Positions 18,492 through 26,150 of a stretch of 64,000 bases of DNA are shown here, one piece after another. The notes beneath the pieces are model-generated. The model made no database searches. It had not been told where the DNA came from and saw nothing but the letters and a program-made list of their open reading frames with translations. A program made the position numbers and the translations under genes. The DNA is from Gemmatimonadota bacterium (lineage in GTDB: Bacteria > Gemmatimonadota > Gemmatimonadetes > Gemmatimonadales > GWC2-71-9), in assembly GCA_003220795.1 (NCBI GenBank), contig QHTK01000046.1, forward strand, positions 6,156-70,155, given 5' to 3'. Each line of letters begins with the position of its first letter. The stretch's first letter is position 1.

Positions 18492-18884
18492 ATGAAGGAG
18501 CGCATCCAAGAGCTGAAGGCGGTGGCGCGTCGCGGCCCGCGCGCGGACAAGGCGGATGGGGAAACCGCCGTGCTCGCGAAGATCGCCGAGATGCCGGAAC
18601 CGGATCGCGCGATGGCCAAGCGGCTCCATGCTATCATCAAAGCCAGCACGCCAGCCCTCTCGGCGAGACCCTGGTACGGGATGCCCGCGTATGCCAAGAA
18701 CGGCAAGGTCGTCTGCTTCTTCCAAAGCGCGCAGAAGTTCAAGACGAGGTACGCGACGTTCGGCTTCAGCGACGCGGCGAACCTCGACGAAGGCGCCGTG
18801 TGGCCCACCGCCTTCGCGCTGAAGGAGTTGACCGCCGCCGAAGAGGCAAAGATCGGCGCGCTCGTGAAGAGAGCGGTGAGCTGA
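18492..18884 (+). CDS. DUF1801 (YdhG-like) protein
   Basis: [33 protein letters not shown]; N-terminus may extend to a non-ATG start near 18393 (AGGAGG upstream). Confidence 0.6.
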   Translation: MKERIQELKAVARRGPRADKADGETAVLAKIAEMPEPDRAMAKRLHAIIKASTPALSARPWYGMPAYAKNGKVVCFFQSAQKFKTRYATFGFSDAANLDEGAVWPTAFALKELTAAEEAKIGALVKRAVS

Positions 18885-19042
18885 GGACTGATCTCGCCAC
18901 TGGGCCCGGCGCAAAGCGGCGGTGGCGTCCCCTTGGCCATCATCACCCGGCCGGTTGGTCGGTATGTCGTGTGATGGGTGTTGCTGCTGGCGAGGAGTTG
19001 CCCTGTTGCAGAACGCCAAGCCGTCAGCACCGGAGGAGAATC

Positions 19043-19507
19043 ATGCGATACCTTGCAGTCCTATTTTCGACGATAGGTCTCGCAGCCTGCAGCACGGCTC
19101 CCGTCACGCGCAGTGAATCCCATACAGTAACTCCCACGCAGGTACTTCCTGCTGAACTGCAGAACACGGCAATCGATTCGGTCGTACAATTCTTGCTTAC
19201 CGCAGCCGCTACTGATTTTCATACCCACCGCCCACCAGATCCTGTTCGCTTTCGTGTTGTGCGCATTGGGCACGTTATGACTCCTAGTGGAAGGGAACAG
19301 TACATGTTGTGCGGCGACTTTATGCCAACGGAGGAAAGAGGCAAGGCTGAGTGGACGCCTTTCGCGACGATCAAGACGTCGGGTTACGAACAATGGCTTG
19401 GGGCTCAAGCTGCGCGCTTTTGCCAGGGTTCATCGATCATATGGGACAAGGTGGGCGATCTGTCGTCCTCGCTGCAGACACGACTCGATTCTCTGCGACA
19501 TCTGTGA
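19043..19507 (+). CDS. Hypothetical lipoprotein
   Basis: GGAGGAG RBS; MRYLAVLFSTIGLAACS lipobox; the 18380-19507 track ORF is a frame run-on. Confidence 0.5.
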   Translation: MRYLAVLFSTIGLAACSTAPVTRSESHTVTPTQVLPAELQNTAIDSVVQFLLTAAATDFHTHRPPDPVRFRVVRIGHVMTPSGREQYMLCGDFMPTEERGKAEWTPFATIKTSGYEQWLGAQAARFCQGSSIIWDKVGDLSSSLQTRLDSLRHL

Positions 19508-19523
19508 TGGTGGTGAAGTTGCC

Positions 19524-19625
19524 GCCTAACACGCGCCTGAAGCTGACGGCGCCCGTCGGCTATGGTAGAATTCCATTTGTGATCATTGTTGCTCGGCGCC
19601 GCAGCTTAGGCGCACCCCGTTAGGC
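19524..19625 (+). repeat. attC site, class B, 102 bp
   Basis: GCCTAAC 19524-19530, GTTAGGC 19619-19625; near-identical arms and GGTAGAATT centre as the 11364 site. Confidence 0.8.
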
Positions 19626-19633
19626 GGCAGCAC

Positions 19634-20188
19634 ATGCCAAGGGGAGTTACGAGAACCAGAACGTTAGCGGCGGCACTCAGTGTCATCGCGTTGCTTCCAA
19701 CATCGCCGGCGGCGGATGTCACCTTCGCGATCATTGAGTACCGAGTGCTGCAGCGCGTAGGCCAGGTCCGTCTGACAACCGGCTTCGTGCACGATCCCGC
19801 GACGCAAATGGCTATGTTCGCAGATCTCGAATCCTTTGATCGCCAAGGCATCATCCTGATCGCAGGCGGTTCGGTTCGTCATTTTAAGCGACGTGAAACG
19901 ATCGGCTCTCATACGGTCGAGACGGCCATATCGGTCTATCCCGCGGTTGGGCACGGGTACCGGGGTGGCCTTGCAACGGCGGACGTCATCGTCACGGTCG
20001 ATGGAAGAAAGAAGATCGATTGTCCCTACGACCAGGGGCCAATCGAGTTGGCCGAACTTGACATCCTACCTCTCGAAGACATGATCTCAATCACCGGCTC
20101 CTACGACGACAAAGAGGTCCGGGGCGGGATCTCCTTGGACAGCACCCAAACGATAGACACGCCGTGGCTGGAACGACACGTGAGATGA
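19634..20188 (+). CDS. Secreted hypothetical protein
   Basis: Starts 9 nt after the class B attC; signal-like N-terminus. Confidence 0.4.
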   Translation: MPRGVTRTRTLAAALSVIALLPTSPAADVTFAIIEYRVLQRVGQVRLTTGFVHDPATQMAMFADLESFDRQGIILIAGGSVRHFKRRETIGSHTVETAISVYPAVGHGYRGGLATADVIVTVDGRKKIDCPYDQGPIELAELDILPLEDMISITGSYDDKEVRGGISLDSTQTIDTPWLERHVR

Positions 20189-20245
20189 AACGCACGAGGC
20201 TGGCTATCGGGTAGACTCGTGCGTGCCGAAGAGACCGAGACTACC

Positions 20246-20385
20246 GCCTAACAAGCGCTTGAGGCTGCCGGGCGGTGATCGCTTCAAGGGAAGCGGAATG
20301 TTGTGCCCTGGCGGGCGGGGACTGTCGTCCACTGCTCTTGCGCCGGCGGGCGAGTCGCCCGCAGCTTAAGCGCGATCCGCTAAGC
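20246..20385 (+). repeat. attC site, class A1, variant R' (GCTAAGC)
   Basis: GCCTAAC 20246-20252; R' position 20379-20385 reads GCTAAGC. Confidence 0.75.
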
Positions 20386-20403
20386 AGCCACGAGCTCTCG
20401 ATC

Positions 20404-20676
20404 ATGGCCGAAGCCGCCGCCCATGCCGCCGCAATCGCGCAGGCCATCAAGGCTTCGGGTACGCTCGTCCGGCTCGAGCCCCAGGATTTCTCTCGCATTC
20501 TGCATAAGCAAGATGCTCCGCTCGTCGTCAGAGCCCGGGGCGGTTTCTTTCGGACTCGCTGGTACTACCTGACGTCCTACAAGGGGCTGGCGTTCTTCGC
20601 TCTCTGTGACGAACCGTTGCCACTGCCGGGTAGGGCCGAGGTGATCGACGCGCGAAAGATCTGGGCACCGACGTAG
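20404..20676 (+). CDS. Hypothetical protein
   Basis: First ATG after attC 20246-20385. Confidence 0.35.
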   Translation: MAEAAAHAAAIAQAIKASGTLVRLEPQDFSRILHKQDAPLVVRARGGFFRTRWYYLTSYKGLAFFALCDEPLPLPGRAEVIDARKIWAPT

Positions 20677-20740
20677 CGGCTTCTCCAAGAGGAGCGCTCC
20701 ACTGTCTTCGTGCTGGCGCCCGCCGCGCAATCGACGACCA

Positions 20741-20806
20741 CGGAGCTCGTCCAACACCCTTGCGCTGGCGGGCGGCTCGCCCGCAGCTTAAGCGCGATCC
20801 GTAGGC
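20741..20806 (+). repeat. attC right half only (R' with 1-nt deletion)
   Basis: CGGAGCTCGTCCAACACCCTTGCGCTGGCGGGCGGCTCGCCCGCAGCTTAAGCGCGATCCGTAGGC. Confidence 0.65.
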
Positions 20807-20844
20807 AGCGCTGGCAAGTATCAGGCTCAAGAGAGAAAGGCCAC

Positions 20845-21093
20845 ATGGAACCAGGTGTGTTTCTTGCCGCGCTTCTAATATTCGTAGGGATTCCCGCTTA
20901 CACGGTGATCAGGATCGCTCGTCTGCGCGCCGCTCGTCTTCAATCACCATCGGCCGACGTCACTGAGCGGCTCGAGGCAGTTGAACATCGTGTCGAGGAC
21001 CTCCAACAGGAGCTAGCAGAAACACAGGAGCGTCTCGATTTCGCGGAGCGTTTGCTCAGCAAGGCACGGGAAGAGCGGCGGATTGGCAGCTAG
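20845..21093 (+). CDS. Small N-terminal-TM plus coiled-coil protein
   Basis: TM FLAALLIFVGIPAYTVI, then LQQELAETQERLDFAERLL; paralog of 12538-12816. Confidence 0.45.
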   Translation: MEPGVFLAALLIFVGIPAYTVIRIARLRAARLQSPSADVTERLEAVEHRVEDLQQELAETQERLDFAERLLSKAREERRIGS

Positions 21094-21104
21094 AGGCGAT
21101 TCCA

Positions 21105-21130
21105 CGCAGCTTCAACGCGATCCGTTTGGC
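21105..21130 (+). repeat. attC relic (L'/R' end)
   Basis: CGCAGCTTCAACGCGATCCGTTTGGC versus consensus CGCAGCTTAAGCGCGATCCGTTAGGC. Confidence 0.55.
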
Positions 21131-21156
21131 CGCTGCCGCCATTAACCACAGGGCTC

Positions 21157-21663
21157 ATGTCCGGCAAGCGTCACATTCTACTCGTCCTGGTCGTGGCGGT
21201 AGGTCTCGCGGTTGGCTTTCTTGTCGTACGCCAGCTGCGCACGCCCAGGTCTACCATCCTTGAACAGCCGCCGCCACCACCACCGGCCGTGGAGCCGCTC
21301 AAGCCGGCGCTTCAAGCAGATGCCGAAGGGCGATACGTCCCCGGCTATCGCTTTTCGGTAGGTCGTTTCCGATTCACCGGTTTCAGCCTTCGTCCGGAGG
21401 CTGTCGTCACATTCGCCCAGGCGACCTCCGGTACTGAGGAGGCAGTGTCCTGCCTCGAGGCTACCATCAATGCTCCTACTATCCATCTCCGCTGTGAATA
21501 CGCTCAGGTGGGCACCGTCACGATCGAGGGAAAGTTTCTCACTCGATTGGCGACGAACCGACTTGATCTCCCGGTCGTGTTCGCGGTCGTGACGGTTCGT
21601 GCTCCGAGCGGAGAGATCTTGTATAGTGCGCGGAACTCGTTCGTATGGGAGCCGGGCCGCTGA
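21157..21663 (+). CDS. Membrane-anchored hypothetical protein
   Basis: N-terminal TM ILLVLVVAVGLAVGFLVV, then a PPPPPP linker. Confidence 0.4.
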   Translation: MSGKRHILLVLVVAVGLAVGFLVVRQLRTPRSTILEQPPPPPPAVEPLKPALQADAEGRYVPGYRFSVGRFRFTGFSLRPEAVVTFAQATSGTEEAVSCLEATINAPTIHLRCEYAQVGTVTIEGKFLTRLATNRLDLPVVFAVVTVRAPSGEILYSARNSFVWEPGR

Positions 21664-21708
21664 TCGGTCATTCATTCGGCGCCGTAGTGCCCGACATCGT
21701 GCAGAGGA

Positions 21709-21722
21709 GCGATCCGTTAGGC
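21709..21722 (+). repeat. attC relic (R' end)
   Basis: GCGATCCGTTAGGC, exact match to the 3' terminus of class A sites. Confidence 0.5.
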
Positions 21723-21766
21723 AGCGACCCCCTTTCCCCCAACCCACCACACCCCTGGAGCAGCGG

Positions 21767-22132
21767 ATGATCCTCGGTCTACGTACCGTCATCTATCATG
21801 TACCCGACCTGGAACGCGCCACGGCGTGGTACAGCTCGGTCTTCGGCGTTCAACCCTACTTCGACGAGCCGTTCTACGTCGGCTTCAACGTTGGCGGCTA
21901 CGAGCTGGGGCTGGATCCGGACACGACGAGGGTACGTCCGGGCGCGGGTGGAGCGGTGGCCTACTGGGGCGTACCAGACGTCGACGCCGCGGTCCGGCAG
22001 TTCACTCGCGCCGGCGCGAGTCTCGAGGCGCCCGTGCAGAACGTCGGTGGCGACATTCGTGTGGCAACGATCGCCGATCCGTTTGGCAACTTGGTGGGCC
22101 TGATTGAGAATCCCCACTTCGCCGCTGCCTAA
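21767..22132 (+). CDS. VOC (glyoxalase) family protein
   Basis: LRTVIYHVPDLERATAWYSSVFG ... IADPFGNLVGLIE; stop TAA within a GCCTAAC relic. Confidence 0.75.
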   Translation: MILGLRTVIYHVPDLERATAWYSSVFGVQPYFDEPFYVGFNVGGYELGLDPDTTRVRPGAGGAVAYWGVPDVDAAVRQFTRAGASLEAPVQNVGGDIRVATIADPFGNLVGLIENPHFAAA

Positions 22133-22136
22133 CGAG
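22127..22136 (+). repeat. attC relic (R'' box only)
   Basis: GCCTAACGAG; its TAA is the stop codon of ORF 21767-22132. Confidence 0.4.
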
Positions 22137-22152
22137 CAACCGCACACAAGCC

Positions 22153-22785
22153 ATGCCGAGCCCGGCCGTCGACACCGTGGTCGCCGCGATACGTGCCTGC
22201 TCGGGCAGCGCCCATCGCCTGGTCGTGGCCATTGATGGACGCAGTGGTTCTGGCAAGAGCACCGTGGCGGAGGCGGTCGCTCGGGCCATCGACGCCGTCA
22301 TCGTGCCCTGCGATGATTTCTTCGCCGCTGGCGTGAGCGACGCGGAATGGGACCGCCGCACGCCAGCGCAACGGGCGGCAGATGCCATAGACTGGCGCCG
22401 GCTGAAACGCGAAGCGCTCGAGCCGTTGCGGACGGGTCGTCCGGCGCGTTGGCATGCCTTCGACTTCTCGGCCGGTCCCCGTCGTGACGGCACCTATCCT
22501 TTGCAAAGGACGCCGACCGAGCGTGGTCCGAAGCCTGTCGTGCTGCTCGACGGCGCCTATTCCGCGAGGCCCGAGCTCGCAGACGTTGTTGACCTGACCG
22601 TGCTGGTCGAGGCGGCCCCGACCACGCGTGAGACGCGCCTCGCAGCCCGTGAGGCGACAGATTTCCTCCGGCAGTGGCACGCCCGGTGGGATCCCGCCGA
22701 AGCGTACTACTTTACACACGTGTGTCCCCCCTCGACCTTCGACGTGGTTCTGCGAACTGAATCCTCGGAGGGCTGCATCTCGTGA
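22153..22785 (+). CDS. P-loop kinase (uridine-kinase-like)
   Basis: Walker A GRSGSGKST; LLDGAY Walker-B-like segment. Confidence 0.65.
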   Translation: MPSPAVDTVVAAIRACSGSAHRLVVAIDGRSGSGKSTVAEAVARAIDAVIVPCDDFFAAGVSDAEWDRRTPAQRAADAIDWRRLKREALEPLRTGRPARWHAFDFSAGPRRDGTYPLQRTPTERGPKPVVLLDGAYSARPELADVVDLTVLVEAAPTTRETRLAAREATDFLRQWHARWDPAEAYYFTHVCPPSTFDVVLRTESSEGCIS

Positions 22786-22961
22786 TTACACCGGACGCGG
22801 AGATCGAGCGCGTCGCCACGGCGCTGCACGACCACTGGCACGTCGCGGGGCTTGGGAGCTCCATCGACGTGCCATGACGCAGGCCAGCGATGGGCGGCCT
22901 CACCATACCAACAGGTTCGCATGGCGACCACCCGGATAAACGAGTGCCAGTCCCGGCTCGA

Positions 22962-22995
22962 GCCTAACAAGCACGTAAAGCTCGTGGGCCACGGC
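22962..22995 (+). repeat. Degenerate attC left arm
   Basis: GCCTAACAAGCACGTAAAGCTCGTGGGCCACGGC versus consensus GCCTAACAAGCGCTTGAAGCTGGCGGGCG. Confidence 0.5.
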
Positions 22996-23007
22996 TTGGA
23001 ACCGGTC

Positions 23008-23086
23008 GCCTAACAAGCGTTTGAAGCTGCCGGGCGGTTGCGCCGGCGCGCGAGTGCCCGCAGCTTAAAGCTGCGAGCCGTTAGGC
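23008..23086 (+). repeat. Compact attC site, 79 bp (class A arms, centre deleted)
   Basis: GCCTAAC 23008-23014, GTTAGGC 23080-23086; GCCTAACAAGCGTTTGAAGCTGCCGGGCGG joined directly to TTGCGCCGGCGCGCGAGTGCCCGCAGCTTAAAGCTGCGAGCCGTTAGGC. Confidence 0.75.
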
Positions 23087-23127
23087 CGCCGCTTCACATC
23101 AGCACGACTCTCGATGGGAGATCCGGT

Positions 23128-23640
23128 TTGCCCCCGCCACCCGATCTACGAGCGACGCTTGTTGCCGCGTGGAGGACCAACAACCGGGTCAGCGTCTACC
23201 TCGTCCAGCACCTACCGTCTGTGCTCTGGGACATCGCTATTCCTGGAGCGCCACAGCGCACGATCCGAATGATCTTGGCCCACCTTCACAACGCACGCTG
23301 CATGTGGATCAAGACGCTCGGACGGGAGCACGGGATCACCGCTCCCACTCGCGTCGATCATCGTCGCGTCGCGCGTCGGCAACTCATTGCCGCACTGAAA
23401 CGCAGTGGCAAGGGGATCGAGGCGCTTCTCACGTTGGGCCTGGCGGCGGAGGGCCGAGTGCCGCCGTCGAAGGGGTACGTGTGGCGGAACCTATCCCTCG
23501 ATGTTGGCCATGTGCTCACCTACTTCGTCGCGCATGAGGCTCATCACCGTGGTCAGATCGTCATGGTGGCCCGCCAGACGGGCCACCGGTTGCCGAGGGC
23601 GACCGCAGGCGGGCTGTGGCAATGGAAGCCTCACGCCTGA
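23128..23640 (+). CDS. DinB-family protein
   Basis: ILAHLHNARCMW ... YFVAHEAHHRGQI; no ATG or GTG after the attC, so TTG 23128 is proposed and the start is uncertain. Confidence 0.6.
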   Translation: MPPPPDLRATLVAAWRTNNRVSVYLVQHLPSVLWDIAIPGAPQRTIRMILAHLHNARCMWIKTLGREHGITAPTRVDHRRVARRQLIAALKRSGKGIEALLTLGLAAEGRVPPSKGYVWRNLSLDVGHVLTYFVAHEAHHRGQIVMVARQTGHRLPRATAGGLWQWKPHA

Positions 23641-23680
23641 TGATCTGCCTTACGCGTCCAACGCTCACAAAGGATCCGCT

Positions 23681-24604
23681 GTGATACGTTCCGGGTCCGC
23701 CGGCAACGTTATCCTCGTAACAGGCGCCGGCGGCCAAGTCGGGTCGAGGCTTTCGTCACTGTTACGCGCAGCCGGGCATCGCGTGTTGGCGGTCGATATT
23801 CACGCCAATGCCCTCGAGAACGTGGAATCGTGCGACATCAGGAGAGACGATCAGGTAGCGCGCCTATTCGCCTCGACCTCGATTCGAACCGTGGTCCACC
23901 TCGCGGCGATCCTTCCAACGGCCTCTCGAGCCGATCCCATCATAGCAACCGAAGTGAACCTGACCGGCACGCTCCGCTTGCTCCGCGAAGCGCTCACGCA
24001 TCAAGTAGAGCGTTTCGTCTTCGGGAGCTCCATGAGCGTCTACGGATCGTCGGGTGGGTCGCGTGCCCTGAACGAACACGACCGCGCGGCGCCAGACGAT
24101 CCCTACGGCGCAGCGAAACGGGCAGTGGAGCTTGCCGGTGAGAGCCTCGCCGTCACAACGGGCTTCGGTTTCGTCGCGTTGCGGATGGCGCGGGTCGTCG
24201 GCCCTGGTGCCAAGAGTACCGCATCGGGTTGGCGCTCCCAGATCTTTGACACCTTAGCGTCGCCTGGCCAACCTGCCATCGCCATCCCGTTCGCTCCCAC
24301 CGCCCGGTTATCGCTGGTACACGTCGATGACGTGGCCCGCATGTTGACCATTCTGGCCCAAGCAGCTGAACTTCCGCAACGTATTTACAACAGTCCGGCT
24401 GAGGTGTGGGAGACACAACACCTCGCAAATCTGGTCGAGCAAGTGACGAAGGTTCCTGTTCGGCTGGGTGAGGCCCAGGGAGGACCAATTCCCGATGGGA
24501 CGCGCTTTGTGCACGACTTTGGTTTTCGGCTCGGAGGCCTCGCGGACTATCTCTCGAGTAGCCGCGGGACCTCCCCCACATTACGATCGATCCTCGAGCC
24601 ATGA
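23681..24604 (+). CDS. NAD-dependent epimerase/dehydratase
   Basis: Rossmann motif VILVTGAGGQVGS; YGAAK catalytic motif (PYGAAKRAVE). Confidence 0.8.
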   Translation: MIRSGSAGNVILVTGAGGQVGSRLSSLLRAAGHRVLAVDIHANALENVESCDIRRDDQVARLFASTSIRTVVHLAAILPTASRADPIIATEVNLTGTLRLLREALTHQVERFVFGSSMSVYGSSGGSRALNEHDRAAPDDPYGAAKRAVELAGESLAVTTGFGFVALRMARVVGPGAKSTASGWRSQIFDTLASPGQPAIAIPFAPTARLSLVHVDDVARMLTILAQAAELPQRIYNSPAEVWETQHLANLVEQVTKVPVRLGEAQGGPIPDGTRFVHDFGFRLGGLADYLSSSRGTSPTLRSILEP

Positions 24605-24654
24605 GTCGCGGGGCGGGTTCGCTGCTTCCGCAAGGACCTCTCGAGAGGCTGCCG

Positions 24655-24692
24655 CTCTTGCGCCGGCGGGCGATTCGCCCGCAGCTTAAGCG
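24655..24692 (+). repeat. attC right-arm relic (no R')
   Basis: CTCTTGCGCCGGCGGGCGATTCGCCCGCAGCTTAAGCG immediately upstream of the ATG at 24698. Confidence 0.6.
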
Positions 24693-24697
24693 AGCTC

Positions 24698-25135
24698 ATG
24701 GCCGCGCCACTCCTACGTTGGCTCCGGGCTGTGCTATTCTTGGGCCTCGTGTATCTTGTCACCGGCATCACCTTCGCGGCGCTCGCCAGTCGGGCTGCGT
24801 CCAATCCGATGCGAATGACCTGGCGGCTCGCCGCCTGGGCGATCAGCGGCGCCGCGTTCGCGGCGCACATTGCGTACGAACAGGTTCGGCTGCGCAGCTC
24901 GCCTGGGCCAACGGCACTGCACGCATCGTTGGCGGTCGCCCTGGGGGCCTTCGCGCTGGCGGTCGCGGCGAATGTTCACGCGCAGGCCGCCGCAAGCCAC
25001 CAACCGTCCCATTTCCTCGCGCTCGTGCTATGGCCGGTCGTGACCGCACTGCCGGCGTTTGTTGTCGGCCTGGCCGCAGCTGCCGGCCTTGGCTTGGCGC
25101 GGGCCCGCGGTGACCGCAGTGAAGGGAGAGGGTGA
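24698..25135 (+). CDS. Membrane protein
   Basis: 4 hydrophobic segments; ATG directly after the attC relic. Confidence 0.45.
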   Translation: MAAPLLRWLRAVLFLGLVYLVTGITFAALASRAASNPMRMTWRLAAWAISGAAFAAHIAYEQVRLRSSPGPTALHASLAVALGAFALAVAANVHAQAAASHQPSHFLALVLWPVVTALPAFVVGLAAAAGLGLARARGDRSEGRG

Positions 25136-25138
25136 ACT

Positions 25139-25549
25139 ATGGTGCACGTTAACTATCTGGCCGTCCTCGTGGCAGCAGTCGCCGTGTTCGTGCTCGGCTG
25201 GCTCTGGTACAGTCCCCTGCTGTTCTACAAGCCGTGGATGCGGCTGCGCGGCATGGACCCTGTCGCCGCGATGGCTGGCGCGAAGATGCCCGGGGGGAAG
25301 CTGCTCATCGAGCTGGTCCGGTGCCTCGTCCTCGCCTACGTGATCGCGCGCTTCGTGGCCCTACTCGGCGTCAGCGGTGGGCTCGGCGCGGTGCACTTCG
25401 GCCTCTCCTTGTGGGTCGGGTTCCCGGTGATCCTGCTCACGGGATCGGTCCTCTGGGAGAACATCCCGTGGAAGCTCGCCGCCATCCATGCCGGTGACTG
25501 GCTCGTGAAGATGTTGGTGATACCGATCATCGTGAGCGCGTGGCGGTAG
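25139..25549 (+). CDS. DUF1761 membrane protein
   Basis: NYLAVLVAAVAVFVLGWLWYSPLLF... Confidence 0.6.
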   Translation: MVHVNYLAVLVAAVAVFVLGWLWYSPLLFYKPWMRLRGMDPVAAMAGAKMPGGKLLIELVRCLVLAYVIARFVALLGVSGGLGAVHFGLSLWVGFPVILLTGSVLWENIPWKLAAIHAGDWLVKMLVIPIIVSAWR

Positions 25550-25573
25550 CTCACGGGGGACGCCCTCAGACCT

Positions 25574-26116
25574 ATGGATTTCGACTTGGACCTCGCGATC
25601 GCAGTGCTGCGACGGTCGCCCGCCACGCTCCGGGCGCTGCTCGACGGTCTCAGCGACTCTTGGATCCGAGCCAACGAGGGTCCCGAAACATTCAGTCCGT
25701 TCGATGTGGTAGGACACCTCATCGACGGTGAGGAAACCGATTGGATCCCGCGCGCTCGCATCATTCTGGCGCAGGGGCCCGAACTCCGCTTCGAACCCTA
25801 CGATCGATTCCGCCACCGCGCACGCAACGTGGGGCGCTCCGCGGCGTCGCTCCTCGCCGAATTTGCGCGATTGCGGACGGCGAACGTACAGCAGCTCGAG
25901 TCCTGGAACCTTACCGCGACGGAGCTCGATCTCCCCGGTGAACACCCGACGTTGGGCCGTGTGACGCTGCGTCAGTTATTGGCCGCATGGGTGGTGCATG
26001 ACCTCGGACATGTGGCTCAGGTAGCGAGGGTGATGGCGAAGCAATACCGAGACCAGGTCGGGCCGTGGATCCCGTTTCTGCCGGTGCTCACCGACCATCC
26101 CGTACCGCGCTCATGA
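25574..26116 (+). CDS. DinB-family protein
   Basis: FDVVGHLIDGEETDW ... WVVHDLGHVAQVARV. Confidence 0.7.
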   Translation: MDFDLDLAIAVLRRSPATLRALLDGLSDSWIRANEGPETFSPFDVVGHLIDGEETDWIPRARIILAQGPELRFEPYDRFRHRARNVGRSAASLLAEFARLRTANVQQLESWNLTATELDLPGEHPTLGRVTLRQLLAAWVVHDLGHVAQVARVMAKQYRDQVGPWIPFLPVLTDHPVPRS

Positions 26117-26150
26117 TTCCGCCAGCCGACTACTCCCCGGGAGTGTCACC

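Larger units (their letters stand above)
1..23086 (+). mobile_element. Integron gene-cassette array (open at left window edge; no intI/attI in window)
   Basis: Recurrent ORF-attC units, all attC in the same orientation (R'' GCCTAAC ... R' GTTAGGC on + strand), one per intergenic gap, immediately 3' of + strand ORFs. Confidence 0.85.

Noticed and set aside
18380-19507. 375-aa ORF spanning the DUF1801 region and the lipoprotein gene
   Set aside because: The N-terminal 220 aa are Arg/Gly-rich out-of-frame read-through of the DUF1801 gene. Only the C-terminal part, from ATG 19043 (RBS and lipobox), looks genuine.
712-20400. Conserved N-terminal peptide RRRA(G/S)RPQLKRDPLG shared by several track ORFs (712, 5968, 10677, 14158, 14717, 20275)
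   Set aside because: It is the translation of the attC right arm (CGCCCGCAGCTTAAGCGCGATCCGTTAGGC) in one frame. About one third of cassettes are in that frame by chance. True starts with RBSs lie downstream of R', and I trimmed the ORFs accordingly.
22782-22877. 32-aa ORF (VITPDAEIERVATALHDHWHVAGLGSSIDVP) overlapping the kinase stop by GTGA; possibly the remnant N-terminus of a phosphotransferase
   Set aside because: Too short, with no diagnostic motif. It could equally be noise, so it was not reported as a feature.
661-23086. Regularly spaced repeats could suggest a CRISPR array
   Set aside because: Repeats are 79-143 bp imperfect palindromes, not 24-48 bp direct repeats. The 'spacers' are 250-3500 bp and contain ORFs with RBSs. 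There are no cas genes.
661-23086. Repeats as REP/MITE-type intergenic elements rather than attC
   Set aside because: Strict single orientation, placement at the 3' end of co-oriented ORFs, and terminal RYYYAAC/GTTRRRY boxes fit attC better. No terminal inverted repeat or target-site-duplication structure of a MITE was seen. This cannot be fully excluded without genome-wide distribution.
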